The notes under the pieces are model-generated. The model was not told the origin of the DNA, made no database searches, and saw nothing but the letters and a program-made list of their open reading frames with translations. Positions 1 to 7,813 of a stretch of DNA of 32,000 nucleotides are shown here, in pieces. Numbering within the stretch: position 1 is the first letter of the stretch; each line of letters opens with the position of its first letter. Both the position numbers and the translations under genes were made by a program. This DNA is from Pseudomonadota bacterium (GTDB lineage Bacteria; Pseudomonadota; Alphaproteobacteria; Rhodospirillales; Magnetospirillaceae), in contig JAEXAH010000019.1 in NCBI GenBank assembly GCA_023458315.1, positions 1 to 32,000 on the forward strand, given 5' to 3'.

Positions 1-100
1 CGTTTTCTTCCTGAGAACCATCACACCAGTAAATCTGGTCTGGTTGACACATGTCGGCAATTTCTTTAACCCAAGCTTCTAATTTCTTGTTTGTAGTCAT
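1..100 (-). CDS. pckA: GTP-dependent phosphoenolpyruvate carboxykinase, first 33 codons only (gene runs off the left edge)
   Basis: Reverse translation of 100..1 gives MTTNKKLEAWVKEIADMCQPDQIYWCDGSQEEN. The CQPD..I.WCDGS.EEN block is the conserved N-terminal signature of GTP-type PEPCK. AAGGGAG Shine-Dalgarno on the minus strand at 108-114. Absent from the ORF track because it is truncated. Confidence 0.7.
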   Translation of the reverse strand, partial: MTTNKKLEAWVKEIADMCQPDQIYWCDGSQEEN

Positions 101-561
101 TATAATTCTCCCTTCAATTTATAAAAATATACTGCTATCAATGAGTAGTATTTGTGATTAACACGGTACTATTCAGTATTTAAGGTAAGCAAATTATTTG
201 ATAATTTTTTCACTAACCATCTTAACATACAGTTGTATAAATTTCAACACATGTTTTTGTCACATTTTTATTTTTTTAATGAAATATGCAACTTTTAAAT
301 TCAAATAATTCATGTATATATATTCATACAAAAGTATAATTATATATTTTTTTGTTTTAATTTCAGATAGTTCAAGGCATACAGCTAATGTTTATATGTT
401 TTTAATTACATACAATGTAATTAATTGGTTTAGAAAACGAAGTGTTTTAACTGTACATATTGCATGACACACCTGGCTAAAGTGGTTATTTTTAGTTAGC
501 AGGTTTAGCAATATTACTAGTATTCGCATATTCTGAAATATAATACCTAAGTTATTGAAAG

Positions 562-1674
562 GTGGAGTGTTTTTTGTGTGCAAAAATTATTAACTATTAT
601 GCCTGCGCAAACTCATCGAAGGGATTTGTAAATTACTTGGACGACAATATTAATTATCTGGACAGACTTTTTATTCTTAAAGGTGGTCCTGCTACCGGGA
701 AATCTACCCTCATGAAAAGATTCGGCAAGGAGTGGTACAATAGAGGTTTTGACGTAGAGTACATTCATTCCCCTTGTGACAATAGCTCAGTGGATGGTAT
801 TATTCTCCCTTCCTTGGGAATAGGCGTTGTTGACGGAACATACCCTCACGTGGTAGAACCCAGAGCCCCCGGAGCAATTGAAGAGTACATAAACCTTGGA
901 ACTGCCTGGGACAGCAAAAAGCTGATTCCCCTAAAAGACGAGATTCTGAAGATCAATAAACAAATTGCTTTGTGTTATGAAAGTGCCTATAAGCTCTTCT
1001 CACAGGCCTTGAAAGTTCACGATGAGTGGGAAAAGATATACATTTCAAATATCGACTTTAACAAAATGAACGAACTTACAGAAGAGACTATAAACACTAT
1101 AATCGGTAGTAACTTTCAAGATAAACAGGCAAGTGTTAAGAACAGATTTTTTGGGGGTGCTACTCCAAAAGGGTCTGTTGATTTCGTCATGGACCTTACC
1201 TCCGATATGTCAAACAGGTATTTTATTAAGGGAAGGCCCGGCTCGGGAAAATCCACCATGCTGAAAAGGATTACCCAATCAGCTCAGGACAAAGGATTTG
1301 ATGTAGAGATATATCACTGTGGCTTTGATCCTGACAGTCTTGATATGGTTATTATCAGAGAATTGTCTGTCGCTGTATTTGACAGTACCGCGCCTCATGA
1401 GTATTTCCCTTCCAAGGATACTGATAGAATTATAGATGTATACTCCTATGCCATTAAACCCGGTACCGATGAGGAGTTTAAGTCAGAGCTGGAGGATATC
1501 GTCTCAAGGTACAAAGGGTTAATCCACGAAGGTACACACTATCTTTCCAAAGCTAAAGATCTTAACGACGACCTTGAAAATATATACATAGATGCAATTG
1601 ATTATGACATAGTTGATAAAATAAATCACGATTTAAGGCTTAAAATAGACGATTACTTTTTCAGTATGGCGTAA
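562..1674 (+). CDS. Conserved uncharacterised ATPase with two P-loop NTPase modules (PRK06851-like)
   Basis: 370-aa ORF with two Walker-A motifs (GGPATGKST and GRPGSGKST), one in each half, so it looks internally duplicated. GGTGGAG SD at 561-567 overlaps the track's GTG start, so TTG at 574 is the more likely true start. Confidence 0.6.
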   Translation: MECFLCAKIINYYACANSSKGFVNYLDDNINYLDRLFILKGGPATGKSTLMKRFGKEWYNRGFDVEYIHSPCDNSSVDGIILPSLGIGVVDGTYPHVVEPRAPGAIEEYINLGTAWDSKKLIPLKDEILKINKQIALCYESAYKLFSQALKVHDEWEKIYISNIDFNKMNELTEETINTIIGSNFQDKQASVKNRFFGGATPKGSVDFVMDLTSDMSNRYFIKGRPGSGKSTMLKRITQSAQDKGFDVEIYHCGFDPDSLDMVIIRELSVAVFDSTAPHEYFPSKDTDRIIDVYSYAIKPGTDEEFKSELEDIVSRYKGLIHEGTHYLSKAKDLNDDLENIYIDAIDYDIVDKINHDLRLKIDDYFFSMA

Positions 1675-1686
1675 GATAATAGATAA

Positions 1687-1735
1687 GGCACCCGACTGAT
1701 ATTTCACACTAAATCAATCCGGGTGCCTCTATTTT
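1687..1735. terminator. Possible bidirectional stem-loop between convergent genes
   Basis: GGCACCCG (1687-1694) pairs with CGGGTGCC (1720-1727), followed by TCTATTTT. The 25-nt loop is long for an intrinsic terminator. Confidence 0.3.
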
Positions 1736-2693
1736 AAAGATCTAACATAAACTGGTAGATTTTATCCAAAACTGTAGGAATATTTTCATGACCGTAATCT
1801 GGATAAATAAGCATTTGCTTTTTGGAAGTTATTTTATTATAAGCGGAGAACTGTGTTGAAGGCGGACATATATTATCCATCAGGCCCACGCCCATCAGTA
1901 CCTCCCCCTTTATATGTTTGACAAGGTATTGTAAATCTATATACCCAAGCTTCTGGAACACTTCCTCTTCCCTCTCATGAAGTGGGTCAAAGAACCTGAA
2001 GTAATCCCTGATATCGTTGTAGGCATCCTTTGCCAGATCCATTTCCCAAACCCTTTTGTAGTCGCACAGGAACGGATAAACAGGTGCAAGCTTCTTAATT
2101 CGGGGTTCTAATGATGCACATGCAAGTGTCAAAGCTCCTCCCTGAGAAAATCCCATAGCTCCCACTCTGTTCTCATCAACCTCCGGCATTGACATTACAA
2201 CTTTAGCCAGTTGGGCAGTATCCAGAAATACATGTCTGAAAAGCATATTTTCGGGCTTATCATCCAGTCCCCTCATTATATGGCCGTGGACAGTGTCCCC
2301 TTTTACACATCCAGAATCCTCCGAGTAACCTCCCTGACCACGGACGTCAAGTGCTGCAACAGAGTACCCCAAAGCAACAAAATTCAGTTTGTCATTCCAG
2401 TCACCACTGTTACTTGTGTACCCATGGAATTGCAGTATTGCAGGATGAGGTTTATTTCCACCTTTGGGACGTAAATATTTAGCATGTACCCTTGCTCCTC
2501 TTACTCCTGTAAAGTACAGGTCGAAGCATTCTGCAAAAGGTACCTGAAATTCGGATGGAACAAGTTCAATCTTTGGATCGACTAAATCCAGTTCTTCTTT
2601 TGCTTTAGCCCAGTATTCATCAAAATCCGGTGGGCATGGATTAATTCCATTATACTTTTTCAATTCTGCCAATGGCATATCAATTAACGGCAT
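1734..2693 (-). CDS. Acetyl xylan esterase / cephalosporin-C deacetylase, carbohydrate esterase family 7
   Basis: Has the N-terminal MPLIDMPLAELKKY, the GFSQGG nucleophile elbow (GxSQGG is CE7-typical) and GLMDNICPPST. A C-terminal His follows in YPDYGHE. Start moved to the internal ATG at 2693 (MPLID...), which has an AAAGGAAA SD; the track's 2729 start has none. Confidence 0.85.
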   Translation of the reverse strand: MPLIDMPLAELKKYNGINPCPPDFDEYWAKAKEELDLVDPKIELVPSEFQVPFAECFDLYFTGVRGARVHAKYLRPKGGNKPHPAILQFHGYTSNSGDWNDKLNFVALGYSVAALDVRGQGGYSEDSGCVKGDTVHGHIMRGLDDKPENMLFRHVFLDTAQLAKVVMSMPEVDENRVGAMGFSQGGALTLACASLEPRIKKLAPVYPFLCDYKRVWEMDLAKDAYNDIRDYFRFFDPLHEREEEVFQKLGYIDLQYLVKHIKGEVLMGVGLMDNICPPSTQFSAYNKITSKKQMLIYPDYGHENIPTVLDKIYQFMLDL

Positions 2694-2834
2694 ATGCAAG
2701 TTTCCTTTCCATTTTCCATATATGTTCAACTTTTTTATTTTATAATATTGCTTACAAAAAAACTACCCTTGTATGAACGGTCTTATTATACAACCGTCCA
2801 TACAAAGGAAGTAAAAGTGGGGGAATATATATAA

Positions 2835-4265
2835 TTAAAGTTTAAGCAACGCAGTTATTATATAATTTAGTACAAAGAGTCCCGTTACAATGTACATGAC
2901 AGGGTGCACCGACTTTGCTTTTCCTTTGAATATCTTTACAATCACATACATAATAAATCCGGAAGCGATACCACTTGATATACTGTATGCAAAGGGCATT
3001 ATTGCAGCTGTAAAGAATGCCGGCAACGCTTCATCAAAATCATCCCATTTAATTTTTGCAAAGCTTCCCATCATCAGTACACCTACTATTATTAAAGCAG
3101 GTGCAGTGGCAGCTGCCGGAATTACTCCTGCAATAGGTGCAAACAACAGACACAAAGCAAACAGTATAGCTGTAAATATCGATGTAAGACCGGTTCTTCC
3201 TCCTACACCTATACCGGCTGCACTTTCAACATAAGTTGTTGTATTTGATGTACCGAATACCGCACCAATAGATGTAGCAATAGCATCTGCAAAAAGTGCC
3301 TTGTCCATTTTAGACTTGAAGCCTTTTCCCGCGAACAGCTCTGCTTCATCCTTATCATCGAATATACCGCTCTTACGGCCTGTCCCGATGAAAGTTCCTA
3401 TTGTATCAAAGGTATCCGATAAACTGAATGCAAGAATTGTTACCAAAACAAGAGCCAATTTACCCGGATCACTGAACAAACCTGCAAAGTCCATCTTAAA
3501 TGCTGTTTGAGCAACGTCAGCTACCTTGTATGTTGTAGACATGGAAATATCAGTTACATGTAACGGAATACCGATTATTGTAGATGCAACTATACCTACA
3601 AGTATGGCACTCTTTAATTTAAGAATCATTAAAATAGCTGTTATTACAAGACCAATCAATGCTACCTGTGCAACAGGGTTTGTAAAGTTTACAAAAGCCG
3701 GAACTACATTTGCTCCGTCTGCCACAACAGTAGCGGATTTGGGATCATTCCCTAATATTTTCAGAGGTTCCCAAGCCTTACCTTCAGATGTAAATTTCAA
3801 AAATCCAGCACTTTTGAAACCTATATAAGCGATAAATAATCCGATACCACCGCCGATGGCTAACTGAAGAGATTCAGGAATCGCCTTAATTATCAGCTTT
3901 CTTATCTGAGTTACCGTAATAATTATATTTATGACACCGCAGATAAACACCATTGCCATGGCTTGCTGCCAAGTGTACCCCAGTCCGAATACAACCGTAA
4001 AAGTAAAAAATGCGTTCAATCCCATACCAGGGGCCTGTGCATATGGAACATTGGCGAATAACCCCATAATAAGTGTTCCTACAACTGCCGCTAGTATTGT
4101 TGCAACATAAACACCACCTTTAGGAATACCTGTTTGCCCTAAAATAGTAGGGTTTACAAAAATGACATAGGCCATTGTAAAAAAGGTAGTGAATCCAGCC
4201 ATTGCTTCAGTTGCAACACTAGTTCCGCTCTCCTTTAGTTTGAATTGCCTTTCAAAAAAACTCAT
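2835..4265 (-). CDS. NCS2/AzgA-family purine (adenine/guanine/hypoxanthine) permease
   Basis: Polytopic membrane protein. The N-terminus MSFFERQFKLKESGTSVATEAMAGFTTFFTMAYVIFVNP matches the PbuG/PbuO/AzgA-type signature. Start set at 4265 (MSFFER) behind a GGGAGGGGAAG SD. Confidence 0.8.
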   Translation of the reverse strand: MSFFERQFKLKESGTSVATEAMAGFTTFFTMAYVIFVNPTILGQTGIPKGGVYVATILAAVVGTLIMGLFANVPYAQAPGMGLNAFFTFTVVFGLGYTWQQAMAMVFICGVINIIITVTQIRKLIIKAIPESLQLAIGGGIGLFIAYIGFKSAGFLKFTSEGKAWEPLKILGNDPKSATVVADGANVVPAFVNFTNPVAQVALIGLVITAILMILKLKSAILVGIVASTIIGIPLHVTDISMSTTYKVADVAQTAFKMDFAGLFSDPGKLALVLVTILAFSLSDTFDTIGTFIGTGRKSGIFDDKDEAELFAGKGFKSKMDKALFADAIATSIGAVFGTSNTTTYVESAAGIGVGGRTGLTSIFTAILFALCLLFAPIAGVIPAAATAPALIIVGVLMMGSFAKIKWDDFDEALPAFFTAAIMPFAYSISSGIASGFIMYVIVKIFKGKAKSVHPVMYIVTGLFVLNYIITALLKL

Positions 4266-4494
4266 TACTTCCCCTCCCGAAATCATGTCGCCATAAGTTT
4301 ATTACCATTATTCTGAAAAACAGAGTAATTTTATGACGGATTTTGAATAATATTGTCAAAAATACAGGAATATTGTATCATAATTTTTACTATTATCAAG
4401 CTTATTTACAGTATTCTTTAAAATAAACTTTTTTATGTTTAAATATGGATTTAAACATGAAAATGTTCGTGGTAATTATTTCAGCTTGTGGGGG

Positions 4495-4533
4495 AAATAA
4501 AAAAGGCAAAACCAGCGGTTAGCTGGTTTTGCC
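4495..4533 (-). terminator. Rho-independent terminator ending the metG / small-ORF transcript
   Basis: Perfect 12-bp stem GGCAAAACCAGC / GCTGGTTTTGCC (4505-4533) with a 5-nt loop. On the minus strand it is followed by TTTTTTATTT. Confidence 0.8.
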
Positions 4534-4548
4534 TTTTAAAATCTAAAT

Positions 4549-4659
4549 TTACTTTGGAGTTGTTACTTCTGTGTTGGCCTTCTGACCGGGATTTGGAACC
4601 TGTCCGGCACTTGTCTTAACTCTTGCCTTTCTTTGATCAGGCTGTTGTTTTTTTGACAT
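4549..4659 (-). CDS. Small basic hydrophilic protein, 36 aa (below the ORF-track cutoff)
   Basis: ATG at 4659 sits 7 nt behind a GGAGG SD (TTGGAGGCAAAACATAATG). Translation is MSKKQQPDQRKARVKTSAGQVPNPGQKANTEVTTPK, with TAA at 4551-4549. A strong terminator lies 15 nt downstream. Confidence 0.5.
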   Translation of the reverse strand: MSKKQQPDQRKARVKTSAGQVPNPGQKANTEVTTPK

Positions 4660-4737
4660 TATGTTTTGCCTCCAAATAATTAAATTGCATTTCAGTTTTT
4701 ATTCTGACAGGTTCCAGAAAATTTTATGCGTTTTAAG

Positions 4738-6774
4738 TTAATTTTTTTCTTGTAACTGGCTTGGATGCTTTTCAAAAAAGTCTACTCTTGGTTCCAGGAA
4801 CTTGAGTTTATGATTTTCGGGGTCTTCCATAAAATCATAAATGGTATCAAATATACGATCCCAATTCCAGAATTCTTCGCCAAGATTGAGATACTCTAGT
4901 ATCATCTCTGTTCCCTTAGGTGCAATAGGATGCATTAGAACAGTTGCTGTTCTCACCATATGCAAAGAATCAACCAATACCTTTGTTCTAAGTTCATCAT
5001 CATTATCCTGCTCTGCCTGCTTAATATACTTTGACCAGTATTTATTAATATTTCTGATATAGCTGTCCATGAGGCTCATAACCAAATGAAAATCTGTTTT
5101 GTACATCAGTCTTTCATATTCAATTATGGTCTTTTTGGATTCCTCAAGAACCTCACTGCTTACTTCAGCAACAGGCACTTTCCCGTCATAATACTTTTGA
5201 GCGGTATAGAAACATGACCTTATTGCTCTGTTAAATACATTTGACAGCAGGTTTCCTTCTTTAAGAACAGGGTCACTGTCCTTTTCAGTGGCATTAGGAT
5301 TGAAGGGTTTAGGCTGGAAACCTACACTTTTTATTCCTAATCCAAGACTAAGGAAATGAGCTCTTAATTGCTCAAATGTATAGTGATTGAGTAGTTCATC
5401 AGCCTTCGGCGGCTTAATTTCACTACTGCTGCTGGCTTTTTTATTTAAGAACAATACATGGTTATTACATATCAGTTTTGGCAGTTGCAGTTCGCCTTCT
5501 GGCGGATTAGCAGACACTTCTTTGCCCTGGCTTCCCATAAACATAGCCATTTCTACAGGCCCGTAGAAATAGATATTATCTTCACCTATAAACTGATATA
5601 CCTGAGCCTCTTTAGAGCACCACCAGTCCTTCCATGCATTTGTGTCTGCCTTCTGTTGCTCAAGATAAGTCATTGTAAACGATATAGGAGCCCAAAGAGA
5701 TTCCGGCCAAACCCATATGGTTAAGTCCTTCATATCCTCTAATACAGGCGAAGGAACTCCCCATGAAACATTACCTGTCAATCTGAAAGGTACAAGGGTC
5801 TTTCCAGTACGGTAACGAATACCGTTTTCAGCAAGTATGAGGCAAGCTGCTTCTCTCTCTGAAAGATTCTTAAATACCATAAGTACTGATGATTTGTTTT
5901 TTTCGTCACTCAATTCATACTCAGGAAGCTTATCCTTTATAGACTCTAGCACTTCAATCTGATCCCTTTTTACATATATCGCAGGTGGCTCCAGAAATTC
6001 TCCTATGCTTTTGATTACAAATTTTCTGGAACTCTTATCTTGCTCTAACTGACTTACCCACTGGGTGAGAAAATCGTGGAATTCATCCAGTTCAAAGTAC
6101 CAGTTGGTTACGTCCCTCATTTCAGGTTTTTTGCCCGAAAGAGTACTCTTAGGATTAATTAAATCTATAGGCATATACTGATGTCCCAGTGAACATTCAT
6201 CCGCATAGCCTCTTTCTGATGAACATCCCGCAATCGGGCATTGTCCCACAACCTGACGGCCATTAAGAAAAACATCAAGCTCTGTATCGTAGAACTGGGA
6301 TGTTGTAATCTTTTTAAGATGTCCGTTTGAATACAACTTATTTATAAAATCAGAAGAAACTTTTTGATGAATTTCCGCCGCACGTCCCAATGCCGATGCT
6401 GCAAACATACTAATGTCGATTTGATATGAATCAAGTACTTCTCTTTGTTTTTTATGATTATACGTAACAAATTCATCTATAGTACCATCAAAAGACCCGC
6501 TATCAACCAATTTACGATAGTATTCCAATATAGGAGAGCCATAGCAATCAGTACCCGACACAAAGATTACATTTTCTTTTCCGATGCGGTCTTTAAGAAA
6601 ACGTGCATACGTGTCAGCATGTATAAAAACCCCACCGATATGTCCCAGGTGAAGCTCTTTATTTCCATATGGCATACCAGCGGTTACGATAGCACGTTTA
6701 GGGAACTTGGGCCTCGAATTTGTTATGTCAAATTCATCTATTGAATTAGTACTTTTTCCTTTCTGATCGTTCAT
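4738..6774 (-). CDS. metG: Methionine--tRNA ligase
   Basis: Class I aaRS HIGH motif (ELHLGHIGG) sits near the N-terminus. A Cys-rich zinc knuckle (CPIAGCSSERGYADECSLGH) lies in the connective peptide. A degenerate KMSKS-like stretch (NKKASSS) and a helical anticodon-binding C-terminus follow. Confidence 0.75.
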   Translation of the reverse strand: MNDQKGKSTNSIDEFDITNSRPKFPKRAIVTAGMPYGNKELHLGHIGGVFIHADTYARFLKDRIGKENVIFVSGTDCYGSPILEYYRKLVDSGSFDGTIDEFVTYNHKKQREVLDSYQIDISMFAASALGRAAEIHQKVSSDFINKLYSNGHLKKITTSQFYDTELDVFLNGRQVVGQCPIAGCSSERGYADECSLGHQYMPIDLINPKSTLSGKKPEMRDVTNWYFELDEFHDFLTQWVSQLEQDKSSRKFVIKSIGEFLEPPAIYVKRDQIEVLESIKDKLPEYELSDEKNKSSVLMVFKNLSEREAACLILAENGIRYRTGKTLVPFRLTGNVSWGVPSPVLEDMKDLTIWVWPESLWAPISFTMTYLEQQKADTNAWKDWWCSKEAQVYQFIGEDNIYFYGPVEMAMFMGSQGKEVSANPPEGELQLPKLICNNHVLFLNKKASSSSEIKPPKADELLNHYTFEQLRAHFLSLGLGIKSVGFQPKPFNPNATEKDSDPVLKEGNLLSNVFNRAIRSCFYTAQKYYDGKVPVAEVSSEVLEESKKTIIEYERLMYKTDFHLVMSLMDSYIRNINKYWSKYIKQAEQDNDDELRTKVLVDSLHMVRTATVLMHPIAPKGTEMILEYLNLGEEFWNWDRIFDTIYDFMEDPENHKLKFLEPRVDFFEKHPSQLQEKN

Positions 6775-6839
6775 ACAATAGAAATCTCCTTAATACCATA
6801 ATTTGTGACAGATTACATTTATCTGTTTATTTTTAGCTA

Positions 6840-6868
6840 ATTGTATCACTATTTATCTGCCCTGTAAA
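6840..6868 (-). promoter_or_regulatory. Sigma-A-like promoter for metG
   Basis: The minus strand reads TTTACA, then 17 nt, then TACAAT (-35 at 6868-6863, -10 at 6845-6840), about 65 nt upstream of the metG ATG. Confidence 0.45.
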
Positions 6869-6981
6869 CTAATAATGTCGTTCAAACTCATGGTTATAAG
6901 CATCTACGGGTTACCAACATATATTGATACACTTTATTATTACCAAAAATCTGCCATGTATAATGATAGTAAACATAAAAA

Positions 6982-7506
6982 CTATTGTATCTTTTCTACG
7001 ATTTCCAGTGCCACGTTTACAATTCTTTTGTCTCCCATAATGTCCATCTCTATCATAGCTTGCTTTTTATGTCTGTTAATTTTTCTTATAATGCTTTCCC
7101 GCCCCTTGAGAGGGCCGTTTATTACATGTATTCTGTCTCCTTTTATAACTCCCCTTGATGATTCAATGCAATGTCGGTTATTACATAAGTCAAGCAGCAT
7201 CTGTTTTTCAGATTCCCTGACTTCTATTTCCGTATCGGAATATTTTAATATTTTGACTACGTCACTTGATGAATGTATTGGTCTGTTCAACTTTTTTAGG
7301 AATTCATCTCCAGGCATCACTGACTCAACAAAAACATACCCCGGGAATAACGGTTTTAGTTCTCTTTTCACAACACCTGAAATTTTAAAAAGAAATTCAT
7401 GTAATGGAATAAATGGATTAGCTATTTCAGTATCAGCTATTTTATTCATGTATTGCTGCACTCGATGTTCTCTGCCAGATTTAACAAAAAGTATGTACCA
7501 GTACAT
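6982..7506 (-). CDS. Specialised NusG-family paralog (NGN + KOW), LoaP-like antiterminator candidate
   Basis: N-terminus MYWYILFVKSGREHRV plus FPGYVFVE is the NGN domain signature. C-terminus GDRIHVINGPLKGRESIIRKI is a KOW motif. At 174 aa it has the size of LoaP/RfaH-type paralogs rather than housekeeping NusG, which sits with secE and rplK. Confidence 0.6.
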   Translation of the reverse strand: MYWYILFVKSGREHRVQQYMNKIADTEIANPFIPLHEFLFKISGVVKRELKPLFPGYVFVESVMPGDEFLKKLNRPIHSSSDVVKILKYSDTEIEVRESEKQMLLDLCNNRHCIESSRGVIKGDRIHVINGPLKGRESIIRKINRHKKQAMIEMDIMGDKRIVNVALEIVEKIQ

Positions 7507-7752
7507 CCCAATTTACCGTCCTTTTACACAGCCTCGCCCTATCACTTGACATGCCGGAAAGCTACACTGTAATCAGATTATACTGCCGTTAAAGCATTTA
7601 ACGTGACCCGGCAACGATTAAAGGCTCTATTGAGGTTAGTAAATCCAATTATATACTTTTTCTCCATCTAGATAAATTATCTAAATTAAAGAAAATTATA
7701 CCAAAAATTTATGAAAAATAATAATAACAATAACTTTTTTATGTAATCTACC

Positions 7753-7784
7753 AAAAAAGGCCGTGAAATTAAATTTTCACGACC
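7753..7784 (-). terminator. Rho-independent terminator after the GH3 gene
   Basis: Minus strand: GGTCGTGAAA / TTTCACGGCC stem (one mismatch) followed by TTTTTT, about 30 nt past the GH3 stop. Confidence 0.7.
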
Positions 7785-7813
7785 TTTAAATATATATAAA
7801 CTTGTATTAACTA

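Noticed and set aside
392-583. 63-aa minus-strand ORF in the pck / P-loop intergenic region
   Set aside because: It lies in a very AT-rich promoter region, overlaps the start of the plus-strand gene, and has no SD and no recognisable sequence features.
2890-3828. Several 69-114-aa plus-strand ORFs inside the permease gene, and similar antisense ORFs at 12042-12746, 16913-17617 and 30900-31373
   Set aside because: All lie fully within longer opposite-strand genes that have recognisable family motifs. They are shadow ORFs with low-complexity sequences and no ribosome-binding sites.
4266-4400. Purine riboswitch upstream of the purine permease
   Set aside because: An 8-bp P1-like helix (CGUCAUAA/UUAUGGCG) can be drawn, but it encloses only 34 nt with a single hairpin. 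The conserved purine-aptamer junction and loop sequences (UAUAAU..GGAUAUGG..GUUUCUACC..CCGUAAAU) are absent.
6775-6981. Possible T-box leader upstream of metG (GTTGGTAACCCG on the minus strand resembles the GGTGGTACCGCG T-box core)
   Set aside because: It matches only 9 of 12 positions. I found no terminator/antiterminator pair, no AGAGA or GNUGGA elements, and no specifier-loop context. The region is better explained by a TTTACA-17-TACAAT promoter with a short leader.
6875-7549. 224-aa plus-strand ORF covering the whole NusG-like gene
   Set aside because: It is antisense to a gene with clear NGN/KOW motifs. It has no SD, and its Ser/Ile/Leu/Cys-rich composition is typical of the reverse frame of an AT-rich gene.
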